NCBI GenBank assembly: GCA_046483045.1
Contig: JAWODY010000074.1
Coordinates: 6,391-70,390 of the forward strand
DNA: 64,000 nt
Source of the DNA: Anaerolineales bacterium
Lineage (GTDB): Bacteria; Chloroflexota; Anaerolineae; Anaerolineales; UBA11858
Direction of reading: 5' to 3'
Shown: piece after piece, positions 9,720 through 18,849 of the stretch
Position numbering within the stretch: the first letter of the stretch is position 1
Layout of the letters: each line of letters begins with the position of its first letter
Notes under the pieces: generated by a model
Seen by the model: only the letters and a program-made list of their open reading frames with translations
What the model was told of the DNA's origin: nothing
Database searches by the model: none
Program-made: the position numbers and the translations under genes

Positions 9720-10115
9720 TTAGCTAGTTCGAACTTCAATGGTGCGAGGAAGTGCTTCCTCAGCGACCGGCACCCGAAGGGTCAGGATTCCCTGCTCGAG
9801 ATTGGCTTCTGATTGATCCACTTCCATCATCTTGGGAATCTTTATCACACGTCGGAACTTTCCTAAAGGAATTTCCTCACGCAAGTATTGCACATCCTCT
9901 TCAGGTTTACTGAACTCACCTTGAATTTCAATCCTATTCTTCAGGATCTCAATATCTAAGTCATCCGGCTTCAACCCCGGAACGATCATTTCGACAAGGT
10001 ACATATCGTCCTCTACTCTGACATTGAGAGGTACCTGAACCTCGCGCTCCACAGATTCTGGGGACCGTTGGATTTTAGATCTCTGTCCCCGATACGGTCT
10101 GATATACATAGCCAT
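9720..10115 (-). CDS. Hsp20/alpha-crystallin family small heat-shock protein
   Basis: 131 aa with the alpha-crystallin core 'YLVEMIVPGLKPDDLDIEILKNRIEIQGE' and 'GILTLRVPV'. A visibly AT-rich upstream region spans 10116-10260. Confidence 0.88.
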   Translation of the reverse strand: MAMYIRPYRGQRSKIQRSPESVEREVQVPLNVRVEDDMYLVEMIVPGLKPDDLDIEILKNRIEIQGEFSKPEEDVQYLREEIPLGKFRRVIKIPKMMEVDQSEANLEQGILTLRVPVAEEALPRTIEVRTS

Positions 10116-10311
10116 TTTATTCTCCTATTTGAAACGGATAACGAATATCTTTTTCTTTTGTGCTGTTTATGATAAGAAACGAGTATAAGAAAAATAAAAA
10201 CGAAATATAAGATGATTCCTAATAAGATGTACACAGATTATTAACACCCACAACCTACTGACAGCAGAAGCGGGAAAGGAGGCCTCCTATTCACGATTTT
10301 GGTATTCCCTT

Positions 10312-11118
10312 TCAGTGTTGACCCAAGATGATCAGATAGGGACTTTCTTTTGTGAAAGATGATTTATGGAAATTCCCAAACGTTTGAATTGAAAATCCGT
10401 ACCTCCTCAATTCGGAAAGGTACATATCCACCGGCGTATCGTAATGAAGGTTGCTGACTGTTTGGCGTTCCACTTTCCCGTCCGGCATAAGATGGTCGTA
10501 ATGCCAGGTCCATCTCACCCCATTCGGGGCAGATTCCACCCAACTGCTGATCTGAACAGGGTTTCGTGTAACAGGATGCTGTATGATCTCTTCCAAGACA
10601 GAGTTTTTACCCCCTTCTCTCTCCTCCCCATCCTGCATCCAATTCAGCAGTTGATGGGGGTTAGGTACACTGAAAGAAAACAACCCGTGAGGTTTTAAGT
10701 GTTTAACAACGCATTCCAGGATAGAAATCCGGCCCTCCTCCGGAAATAAGCTGTATGTATTACAAGGAGAAAGCAGGATATCAAAGTCACGACTCAAGTG
10801 GAAAGACCTCATATCCATAGCTAAAAAGCAAACCCTATCCTGAACCGCTTGAGAGCGCTTTCTCAATTCCGCCCTGGCAAACTCCAGCTGATCCCGATCA
10901 TGATCCAGACCCCACACGACACGGCCCTTTTCTCCAAGAGCGATCGTCACCCGCCCTGTCCCACACCCCAACTCCAAAGCCCCATCACACCCTTTAGTGA
11001 TATCGGACCAAAATGGGATATCTTCCTGATATAAGTGGTGGTGAAATTGATATAACTGACTCCGCATAAAAAAATAAACCCGGAAACGAAGGGAACCCGT
11101 CATCCTTGACGCTGACAT
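10312..11118 (-). CDS. Class I SAM-dependent methyltransferase
   Basis: SAM-binding motif I 'ALELGCGTGRVTIALGEKG' with post-I 'GLDHD'. The substrate is unknown. An alternative start lies at M18. Confidence 0.75.
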   Translation of the reverse strand: MSASRMTGSLRFRVYFFMRSQLYQFHHHLYQEDIPFWSDITKGCDGALELGCGTGRVTIALGEKGRVVWGLDHDRDQLEFARAELRKRSQAVQDRVCFLAMDMRSFHLSRDFDILLSPCNTYSLFPEEGRISILECVVKHLKPHGLFSFSVPNPHQLLNWMQDGEEREGGKNSVLEEIIQHPVTRNPVQISSWVESAPNGVRWTWHYDHLMPDGKVERQTVSNLHYDTPVDMYLSELRRYGFSIQTFGNFHKSSFTKESPYLIILGQH

Positions 11119-11155
11119 CCATTAAGATTATACTGCTTTGCGGGAAGGTGGACCC

Positions 11156-11228
11156 CGGGGTGTAGCGCAGAGGGCAGCGCGCCGCGTTTGGGACGCGGAG
11201 GTCGACGGTTCAAGTCCGTCCACCCCGA
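11156..11228 (+). tRNA. tRNA-Pro (anticodon UGG)
   Basis: Hand-folded cloverleaf of 73 nt: acceptor cggggtg/caccccg, D-arm gcgc-agagggca-gcgc, anticodon arm ccgcg-tt TGG ga-cgcgg (G37), variable aggtc, T-arm gacgg-ttcaagt-ccgtc, discriminator A. No CCA is encoded. Confidence 0.93.
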
Positions 11229-11636
11229 CTGCCTATCATGCAAACTGGTGTCACTGTCAAAGGATGACTCAAACAGCGCTGTTCAAGCGAAAAATAAACG
11301 GGGGTCACAAAAGCTGTTCGGTACACGGCGGAAGGATTCATAGATTAAGTCCGATTATATGAACGCAGAGACACGGCATATTTCGATGTCCTCATTTCAG
11401 ATCGGGAGGAATTATTGAAACACCATAAGGTGGGGAAATTAATCAATACCGGAGTGCGAAAGCATTAGCAGGAAATCGCGTTTAATAAGTAGTTAATCAC
11501 CAGGAAAATCAGTGGGAAGAATAACTACTTTTCCGAAGGATTGGATCCGGAAAAGGGCCAGTCAGAAAACACACCCTTAGTTTACTAAGATCAATCAGAA
11601 TGAATGGACCAGTCAGGCTGTCTTTGCAGCTTGGTT

Positions 11637-11666
11637 TTGATTTTTAACCTATTTGACTGGTATAAT
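11637..11666 (+). promoter_or_regulatory. Candidate sigma-70-type promoter (TTGATT-N18-TATAAT with extended TG)
   Basis: -35 ttgatt at 11637-11642 and 'tgg tataat' with -10 at 11661-11666, about 35 nt upstream of ATG 11701. Confidence 0.4.
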
Positions 11667-11700
11667 CCACATAAATCCATTATCTATTCTGAGCACACTT

Positions 11701-12492
11701 ATGAAAACGATTGATCTCACCCCCTATAAAAACGATTCACCCGTTCTCTCAACGCTAAAAACCCTCCAGGGCATCATCGTACAGGGTTGGTCTTGGTACC
11801 AATCCAGGAAAAGTCAACAGAAACTGATTTCGATCTTGGATGATATTTTAAGTGACGAGTGTGTCCTGCTCAGAAATGTCAACCTTCCCAAAGCAGGAAA
11901 ACCTATCCCTCTTGTCTTGGTCGCCCCTTCGGGAACAACGGTGATCAACCCGAAGGATAAAAAAGGGTTTTTCAGAGCAGAAGGAAAGAAATGGGAGGTC
12001 ATGGGTCAGGGGGAAGAATATAAACCTGCATTCAATAATCTCATTCATGAAACGTGGGTTTATCAGAAAACCATAGAAGGTTATTTAAAAAGACATAACT
12101 TTAAAGCACCCAACCTAAACGGCGCTCTGATTTTTGTTTCCACGGAAACCCATATCGAATCCATCTCCCCCATTGTCAAAGTAATCCGCGCGGACGGGAT
12201 TAAAAACTTCGCCCGCAGGTTGGCGATTTCCAAACCTGAATTCACAGATTTGGACTTCAGAAACCTGATTAAACTCTTGACCAAACCTGCCCTTCCAGAA
12301 AAGAAGCAAGAACCAGCCCAAAAGGAAGTGTCTTCCCCCAAAGCTGAACCCTTTAGATTTGAAGAAAAACTCAACAACCTCGTGGATGTGGTTAATTTCA
12401 CGAGGCAAGAATGGATTATCATCGGCATCTTGATCATCTTCGTCATCCTGGTTCTAATCGCTTTGATCACTCTGGTCCTCCTCACCCAATAA
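11701..12492 (+). CDS. NERD-like domain membrane-anchored protein (catalytic residues apparently degenerate)
   Basis: 'VLLRNVNLPKAGKPIPLVLVAPSGTTVINPKDKKGFFRAEGKKWEV' resembles the NERD core but lacks the usual acidic/E.K positions. The C-terminal TM is 'WIIIGILIIFVILVLIALITLVLL'. The ORF track TTG 11653 overlaps the predicted promoter. Confidence 0.45.
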   Translation: MKTIDLTPYKNDSPVLSTLKTLQGIIVQGWSWYQSRKSQQKLISILDDILSDECVLLRNVNLPKAGKPIPLVLVAPSGTTVINPKDKKGFFRAEGKKWEVMGQGEEYKPAFNNLIHETWVYQKTIEGYLKRHNFKAPNLNGALIFVSTETHIESISPIVKVIRADGIKNFARRLAISKPEFTDLDFRNLIKLLTKPALPEKKQEPAQKEVSSPKAEPFRFEEKLNNLVDVVNFTRQEWIIIGILIIFVILVLIALITLVLLTQ

Positions 12493-12516
12493 CACAAATC
12501 CCCAACGGATCTCATC

Positions 12517-13242
12517 GTGGATAACCCCTTTCTCTCTCTGATCATTCCTGCGTACAATGAAGAAAAACGCTTGCCCTCCACTCTTAATCAAGTCATCAGC
12601 TTCCTAGAAAAACAATCCTATTCACATGAAATTGTCGTCGTTGATAATGCCAGCACAGATGAAACTGGAAACATCATCGATGCTCATGCCCGGGAGCAAG
12701 CCAGTTTGAGGAAGCTTTATGAAGGTCAACCCGGGAAAGGAGCAGCGATCCGGAGGGGAATGTTGGCTGTAACCGGACAATACCGGTTCATGTGCGACGC
12801 AGATTTATCCATGCCCATCGGGGAATTAAACCGGTTTCTCCCCCCCGCATTAGAACAATTTGATCTGGCGATCGCCTCCCGTGAGACCGAGGGTTCCATT
12901 CGCTATCACGAACCTATCTATCGGCATCTGGGTGGACGGTTGATCAACTTTATCATCCAGCTTTCCCTTCTCCCCGGCATGCAGGATACACAATGTGGTT
13001 TCAAATGTTTCAGAGGGCCTGTAGCGGAAGACATTTTCAAGCATCTTACCCTCCATGGCTGGGCATTTGACATTGAAATTTTGACCATAGCAAAAATGCG
13101 CGGCTACAGGATCAGAGAAGTCCCCATTCCCTGGTATTTCGATTCGGAAAGCAAAGTAAACGCATTCCAAGATGCACTACGAATGTTAAACGACATCTTA
13201 ACCATCCGGCGCAACAAACGCCGAGGTGTATATGAGAAGTAG
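12517..13242 (+). CDS. Family 2 glycosyltransferase (dolichyl/polyprenyl-phosphate hexosyltransferase-like)
   Basis: Contains 'LSLIIPAYNEEKRL', 'VVDNASTDET', the DxD-like 'CDADLS' and 'QCGFKCF'. Confidence 0.8.
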   Translation: MDNPFLSLIIPAYNEEKRLPSTLNQVISFLEKQSYSHEIVVVDNASTDETGNIIDAHAREQASLRKLYEGQPGKGAAIRRGMLAVTGQYRFMCDADLSMPIGELNRFLPPALEQFDLAIASRETEGSIRYHEPIYRHLGGRLINFIIQLSLLPGMQDTQCGFKCFRGPVAEDIFKHLTLHGWAFDIEILTIAKMRGYRIREVPIPWYFDSESKVNAFQDALRMLNDILTIRRNKRRGVYEK

Positions 13243-13888
13243 ACTGGACCCCTGTTTTATCCCTCCTAAACCGAATCTGGATTTTGAATCAGCCTTCTGG
13301 AAAGCCCATATTCCCTATATAGCTGGCATCGATGAGGCAGGGAGAGGCGCTCTAGCTGGACCTGTAGCGGTAGGTGCTGTCATCCTTCCACCCAATCCAG
13401 ATATCGAAGAGACATTATCAGAAGTGCGGGATTCCAAAGAATTGACCCCAACAGAAAGGGAGTCTATCAAAGGCCGCATACAGGCAGAAGCCTTGGGATG
13501 GAACGTCGCCTTTGCAACCTCCCATGAGATTGACATGTGGGGGATCATTCCAGCCATACGATTGGCAGCTCAACGCGCCATAGACAACATTCGTCCCTTC
13601 CCCAAACACCTTCTCCTGGATTATTTGCAGCTCCCGGATAATCCCATTCCTCAAACATGGCTGATCAAAGGAGATGCGCGATCCTTAAGCATTGCAGCTG
13701 CTTCCATCCTGGCAAAAACAATCCGTGATAAACACCTTGTAGAGTTGGAAAAACAATATCCTTCGTATCAGCTCTTTCAAAATAAAGGATACGGCACCAA
13801 GGCTCACCGGAAAGCGATCGCTGAAAAAGGACCTACTCCTATCCACCGGATGTCCTTTGCACCCATGCGGCACATGCAGGAGGGTTAA
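13226..13888 (+). CDS. rnhB: Ribonuclease HII
   Basis: Contains 'IAGIDEAGRGALAGPVAVGAV', 'DSKELT', 'LLDY' and 'GDARSLSIAAASILAK'. Confidence 0.9.
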   Translation: MYMRSRLDPCFIPPKPNLDFESAFWKAHIPYIAGIDEAGRGALAGPVAVGAVILPPNPDIEETLSEVRDSKELTPTERESIKGRIQAEALGWNVAFATSHEIDMWGIIPAIRLAAQRAIDNIRPFPKHLLLDYLQLPDNPIPQTWLIKGDARSLSIAAASILAKTIRDKHLVELEKQYPSYQLFQNKGYGTKAHRKAIAEKGPTPIHRMSFAPMRHMQEG

Positions 13889-13911
13889 AAGGAAAAGAAT
13901 CTTGAGTTCCA

Positions 13912-15837
13912 ATGAGCACAAGAAGTTCTGAAGAGGAGACAATCATGATCGAAAAAAGCCAAAAACCGCACGGAACATGGACCAGTCCCATTTCGCCTCA
14001 GGATATCAGTCAGGGTTTAAGTTTCAGCGACGTGGCCTGGAACAAAGATGGGACCTTGGTTTGGCGTGAGCGGTACGCCGGTCGAGGAAGGTTGATCGCC
14101 TTACCTCCGGGAGGGGAAACCTTTCGAGTCATGAACAACGATTTCGCGGTTAAGGGCGGCGTGGGCTATGGGGGTGGCTCCTTCACCGTTGGCGATGATC
14201 ATGTCTATTTCGTGGAATCGGATTCCAAGCGTATCTACAAACAGCCCCTCAAATCAGGAAAGGCCCAACCGATCACACCTGAATACGGAGCCGCTGCATC
14301 CCCGCAAGTATCCCTGGAGGGGGACTTTCTGCTTTATGTACACACTTATGAAGAAAAGGATAACCTAGTCATTGTGGATACCGAAGGGCGCTTCTGGCCG
14401 CGTAAGATTGTCAGCGGTGATGACTTTTACATGCACCCCCGCTGGCACCCAGATGGGGAAAAAATCGCCTGGATTTGCTGGGACCAACCAAACATGCCCT
14501 GGGATGGGACGAAGTTGAAAATTGGCACTTTGAGATCGTACGACCGGGGTCTTCCCCAACTAGAAGAGCAGACAACCATCGCTGGAGATGATCATACCTC
14601 AATCTTTCAAGTTGAATTTTCACCGCACGGTCGTTATCTGGCCTATGCATCTGACCAAAGCGGTTGGTGGCAGCTCTATCTGTTTGACATCCAAGAAGGC
14701 AGCCACACGCAGTTGACCTCAGAACCCGCTGAACACGGAAAACCTGCCTGGGGACAAGAAATGCGCACTTTTGGATTCAGCGCCGATGGCCGTCACCTAT
14801 ACTTCATTCGCAACCAGGAGGGGGTCGCGACGCTGTGGTCTGTGGAGATTTCCTCGGGGGAACGAATCCGCTGGACACTGGAAGAGGCCTATACCTGGCT
14901 TGAACAGATAGCCGTCTCCCCCTCTAGGGATCAGGTAGCCCTGATCGCTTCTGGAGGAAAGATCCCTCATAGGGTACTCACCCTCCAAAACGGGGAAAAG
15001 GAGTATGTGGTGCGGCGCTCAACATCTGAGGAGCTCCCTCCCGCGGCGTACAGTGAGCCGCAGCACATGCAGTGGCGGGGAATGGATGACGGGGATGTAT
15101 ACGGCATGTATTACCCCCCTCTCGACAAGGCGGAAGTGGAGAATGAACTCCCTCCCCTTCTCGTCCTCATCCACGGCGGACCTACCAGCCAGCGGGTGGC
15201 GGATTTTCAGATCAAAGTCCAATTTTTCACCAGCAGAGGATATGCCGTTCTCCAGCCCAATTACAGAGGCAGCACAGGCTACGGTCGGGCCTACCGGAAG
15301 GCGCTCCAGGGGAAGTGGGGGATCTATGATGTGGAGGATGCTATCAGCGGGGCCCAGCATCTATCCAGCACAGGAAAGGTGGACGAAGACAAAATGGTGA
15401 TCATGGGGGGAAGCGCGGGAGGATTCACGACCCTTAAAGCTCTGGTGGATTATCCAGGTGTCTTTAAGGCCGGGATATGCCTTTACGGCGTGACCAATCA
15501 GTTCTCGCTGGTCGCGGACACCCATAAGTTTGAACAGCATTACTCCGATTCGCTGCTGGGGCCTCTGCCCGGCGCCAAAGCCCGCTACCGGGAGCGGTCG
15601 CCCCTCTTCTTCGCTGATAAGATTCAAGACGCCCTGGCCATCTTCCAGGGCGGTGAGGACAAGGTCGTCGTCCCCGAACAAGCGGAAGCCATCGTGCAGG
15701 CGTTGAAGGAAAATGACGTTCCCCACGAATACCATCTTTATCCGGAGGAAGGTCACGGTTTCCGGCAGCCGGAAAACATTAAGCATTTCTACCGAACGGT
15801 GGAAACCTTCCTGAAGAAACACGTCGTGTACGCCTGA
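13912..15837 (+). CDS. S9-family serine peptidase (prolyl oligopeptidase / acylaminoacyl-peptidase type)
   Basis: An N-terminal beta-propeller-like region is followed by a C-terminal alpha/beta hydrolase with the nucleophile elbow 'IMGGSAGGFTT' and 'HGGP', 'D...V', 'EGHGF' triad contexts. Confidence 0.85.
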   Translation: MSTRSSEEETIMIEKSQKPHGTWTSPISPQDISQGLSFSDVAWNKDGTLVWRERYAGRGRLIALPPGGETFRVMNNDFAVKGGVGYGGGSFTVGDDHVYFVESDSKRIYKQPLKSGKAQPITPEYGAAASPQVSLEGDFLLYVHTYEEKDNLVIVDTEGRFWPRKIVSGDDFYMHPRWHPDGEKIAWICWDQPNMPWDGTKLKIGTLRSYDRGLPQLEEQTTIAGDDHTSIFQVEFSPHGRYLAYASDQSGWWQLYLFDIQEGSHTQLTSEPAEHGKPAWGQEMRTFGFSADGRHLYFIRNQEGVATLWSVEISSGERIRWTLEEAYTWLEQIAVSPSRDQVALIASGGKIPHRVLTLQNGEKEYVVRRSTSEELPPAAYSEPQHMQWRGMDDGDVYGMYYPPLDKAEVENELPPLLVLIHGGPTSQRVADFQIKVQFFTSRGYAVLQPNYRGSTGYGRAYRKALQGKWGIYDVEDAISGAQHLSSTGKVDEDKMVIMGGSAGGFTTLKALVDYPGVFKAGICLYGVTNQFSLVADTHKFEQHYSDSLLGPLPGAKARYRERSPLFFADKIQDALAIFQGGEDKVVVPEQAEAIVQALKENDVPHEYHLYPEEGHGFRQPENIKHFYRTVETFLKKHVVYA

Positions 15838-15882
15838 GGTCCACGGGCTGCTCCCGGAAAGCACCAGACGGAGTTGATATAT

Positions 15883-15914
15883 AAAAAACCCCACAGCAGA
15901 CTGTGGGGTTTTTT
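15883..15914. terminator. Bidirectional intrinsic terminator between convergent genes
   Basis: aaaaaa-ccccacag-caga-ctgtgggg-tttttt, a perfect 8-bp GC-rich stem with A- and T-tracts on both sides. Confidence 0.9.
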
Positions 15915-15943
15915 CTCTCCAAGTGGCGCTATGATCGGGAAGG

Positions 15944-18772
15944 TCAGGCTTTCTCCTGCTGCTTTTTATCCCTCCGGGGTGTGGACACGGCTTTGAATAG
16001 TTCCGCGAAAATCGCCGGGATAATCAAGAGGGGAAGGATGTACATCCACTGCTGCCACATCAAGGGTACGGTTTTAAAGACCCGCTGCAGGAACGGCACG
16101 TAAATGACGATCAGGAGCAGGAAAAGGGAGGAGAGCACCGCCAGATTCATATATTTGCTGTTAAATACCCCCATCTTCAACACAGGATAGCGCTCAGAAC
16201 GGGCAGTGAAGGCCCGCAGCAGTTCCGAGACAGAAAGGGTAACGAAGGCCATGGTCTGGGCCATCTCGGGGTAGTTCCGCAGGCCAATCCAGTAAGCAAA
16301 CAATGTCACACCGGCAATGGCCACGGTCTGGATGGCGATCCCCTGCTGCATATAGCGGTTGAGGATTGGTTCCCCGGGGTCGCGCGGGGGACGGTCCATC
16401 AGGTCCGGTTCCCCTTTTTCTAACCCCAAGGCCAATGCCGGGGCCCCATCCGAAATCAGGTTCAGCCACAACAGCTGGATGGCTTTCAGCGGAGAGTTCC
16501 AGCCGAACATGATGGCCAGGAAAATGGTCATGATCTCGGCGATGTTGCAGGAGAGTAGGAAGTACACGAACTTGCGGATATTGCTGTAAATCACCCTGCC
16601 CTGCTCCACGGCAGCTACGATGCTGGCGTAGTTGTCGTCAGTCAGCACCATATCCGCGGTTTCTTTGGCGACGTCTGTGCCGGTGATCCCCATGGCAATG
16701 CCAATGTCCGCTTTCTTGATCGAAGGGGCATCGTTGACCCCATCACCGGTCATGGCCACGATCTGATTGTTGGCTTTGAAGGCGTCCACGATGCGCACTT
16801 TATGCTCCGGAGAAACCCGGGCGTAGACATCCGTTCGGTTGACTTCCTCCTTAAGCTGGTCATCAGAGATCTCGTCCAGCTCCCGTCCAGTGAGCACCTT
16901 ATGGCCTTCCTGCATCAAACCGATCTCGCTGGCGATGGCTTCCGCTGTGTTGGGGTAATCCCCGGTGATCATGGCTGTGCGGATCCCTGCCTGGCGGGCT
17001 TTATTGAGAGCCGGGACCACCTCAGGGCGGGCCGGATCGATCATCCCCAACAGGCCAACAAAGATCAACTTCTCCTCCACATCATGATCCAGCTCCCCGT
17101 TTTGCCGGAATTGATCCAGGTCTTCCACTACCCGGTAAGCCACCCCCAGCACCCGCAGGGCGTTGCTTGTCATGCGGTCATTGGCTGCCAAAATCCGACG
17201 CCGCTGTTCATCCGTCAGGGGCACAGCTTCATCATCCCGGGATTGATAATGGGTACAGCCCTCAAGGACCACATCCGGAGCTCCTTTCTGGGTGACAACG
17301 TACCAGGCTTTGTGCTGCGTTTCATCATAAAACGGGGACACATCCTGGGCATTGGGCGTCTCAATGGCATGTACGGTGACCATGCGCTTGCGCTCGGAGT
17401 CAAAGGGGATTTCTTCCACGCGGGGATAGGCCTGAGCCAGCGGGGCAGGCGTTGCACCCGCCTTGGCCGCCGCCACCAGGAGTGCGCCTTCCGTTGGATC
17501 CCCTACCATGCGGTACGTCTTACGGCCCTGTTCATCATAATCGGTCTCCAGCGCGGCGTCGTTATTGAGGGCCGCAATCCACAGCGCGGTGAGGATGCCG
17601 GGATATTCATCGGAGAGGTTGACTTCCTCTCCATCACAGAGGAACTTCCCCTCGGGTTGATAGCCGGAGCCGGTGACATCCAGAAACTCGCCGTCCACAG
17701 CCACCCTGGTTACAGTCATTTCGTTCTGGGTGAGGGTTCCCGTCTTGTCGGAGCAGATGATCGTGGTTGACCCCAGGGTCTCCACCGAGGAAAGTCGGCG
17801 GATGAGGGCGTTGCGCTCGATCATTTCCTGCATGCCTAAGGCCAGGGTGATGGTGACCACAGCTGGCAGACCTTCCGGGACTGCGGCGATAGCCAAACTG
17901 ACAGCGATGATGAACATATCCAGAGGTTCTGTCCCTGTGATGATCCCCTCCACAAAAATCACCCCGCTGATGGCCAGAGCAGCCCAGCCCAGGGTGCGGC
18001 CAAAGCTGTCCAAGCGCTTCTGAAGCGGGGTCTCCTCCTCCTCCACCCCCTGCAGCATCTCAGCGATCTGACCGATTTCGCTTGACATCCCGGTGCTGAC
18101 TACCACACCCACTCCGCGGCCGTAGGTAACCATGGTCCCCGTGTAGGCCATGGTTTTCCGGTCCCCCAGAGCGGCTTCCTCGGAAAGCCGCATCTCGGCA
18201 GTTTTCGAAACGGGGACGGACTCCCCGGTCAGGGCAGCTTCATCGATGCGCAGATTAGCGGTCTCCAGCAAGCGCAGGTCTGCCGGGACGAAGTTTCCCG
18301 CCTCTAAAAAGACGATATCCCCCGGTACCACCTCACGGGCTGGAACATCCTGACGGTGACCCTCCCGGAGCACATCGGCGTCCGGCGAGGCCATCTTCTT
18401 CAAGGCCTCCAGGGCCTCTTCAGCCCGGCGCTCCTGGACGACGCCCAGGACTGCATTGAGGACCACGATGGTCATAATCGCCCCGGATTCAATCCAATCG
18501 CCCAGCAGGGCGGAGATCACTGCAGCGACCAATAAGAGGATGACCAGAAAGTCTGAAAGCTGGGCCAGGATCATCTCCCAAATCGTAGTCTTTTCCCCTT
18601 CTTTTAGTTCGTTGTAACCGAATTTCTCAACTCTGCGCTCGACCTCAGAAGTGGGAAGACCTTCTTCACGCGTCACCCCCAGGTGATCTTTTACCTCTTC
18701 CCCACTCGTTGCATGCCAGGATTCGATGGCTTGCACATCTGCTATAGCTTGATTTTGCTTTGTTTCATTCAC
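15944..18772 (-). CDS. P-type ATPase, P2A (SERCA-like) cation/Ca2+ transporter
   Basis: 942 aa with 'TGES', the phosphorylation site 'ICSDKTGTLTQNEM', 'PEGLPAVVTITLALG', 'MITGDYPNTA' and 'TGDGVNDAPSIKKADIGIAMG'. Confidence 0.9.
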   Translation of the reverse strand: MNETKQNQAIADVQAIESWHATSGEEVKDHLGVTREEGLPTSEVERRVEKFGYNELKEGEKTTIWEMILAQLSDFLVILLLVAAVISALLGDWIESGAIMTIVVLNAVLGVVQERRAEEALEALKKMASPDADVLREGHRQDVPAREVVPGDIVFLEAGNFVPADLRLLETANLRIDEAALTGESVPVSKTAEMRLSEEAALGDRKTMAYTGTMVTYGRGVGVVVSTGMSSEIGQIAEMLQGVEEEETPLQKRLDSFGRTLGWAALAISGVIFVEGIITGTEPLDMFIIAVSLAIAAVPEGLPAVVTITLALGMQEMIERNALIRRLSSVETLGSTTIICSDKTGTLTQNEMTVTRVAVDGEFLDVTGSGYQPEGKFLCDGEEVNLSDEYPGILTALWIAALNNDAALETDYDEQGRKTYRMVGDPTEGALLVAAAKAGATPAPLAQAYPRVEEIPFDSERKRMVTVHAIETPNAQDVSPFYDETQHKAWYVVTQKGAPDVVLEGCTHYQSRDDEAVPLTDEQRRRILAANDRMTSNALRVLGVAYRVVEDLDQFRQNGELDHDVEEKLIFVGLLGMIDPARPEVVPALNKARQAGIRTAMITGDYPNTAEAIASEIGLMQEGHKVLTGRELDEISDDQLKEEVNRTDVYARVSPEHKVRIVDAFKANNQIVAMTGDGVNDAPSIKKADIGIAMGITGTDVAKETADMVLTDDNYASIVAAVEQGRVIYSNIRKFVYFLLSCNIAEIMTIFLAIMFGWNSPLKAIQLLWLNLISDGAPALALGLEKGEPDLMDRPPRDPGEPILNRYMQQGIAIQTVAIAGVTLFAYWIGLRNYPEMAQTMAFVTLSVSELLRAFTARSERYPVLKMGVFNSKYMNLAVLSSLFLLLIVIYVPFLQRVFKTVPLMWQQWMYILPLLIIPAIFAELFKAVSTPRRDKKQQEKA

Positions 18773-18849
18773 AATGATTACTCCAAAAAATAAATATAAA
18801 TTTTCATTACCTAATCGATTTCATAATCGGATCAGGAGTCGACACCATG

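Noticed and set aside
10116-10311. The AT-rich region upstream of hsp20 as a CIRCE/HAIR operator or ROSE-type RNA thermometer.
   Set aside because: I found no TTAGCACTC-N9-GAGTGCTAA inverted repeat and no convincing SD-sequestering hairpin by eye. Only the AT-richness is evident.
11138-11362. A 74-aa ORF overlapping the tRNA-Pro gene.
   Set aside because: The same bases fold into a complete canonical cloverleaf. The ORF has a TTG start and Arg/Gly-rich, unlikely composition.
16802-17770. A 322-aa plus-strand ORF inside the P-type ATPase gene. Others lie at 17673..18023 and 18150..18353.
   Set aside because: It is antisense to an ATPase with all canonical motifs intact. The sequence has no start context and no recognisable domain, and is low-complexity and Arg/His/Gly-rich.
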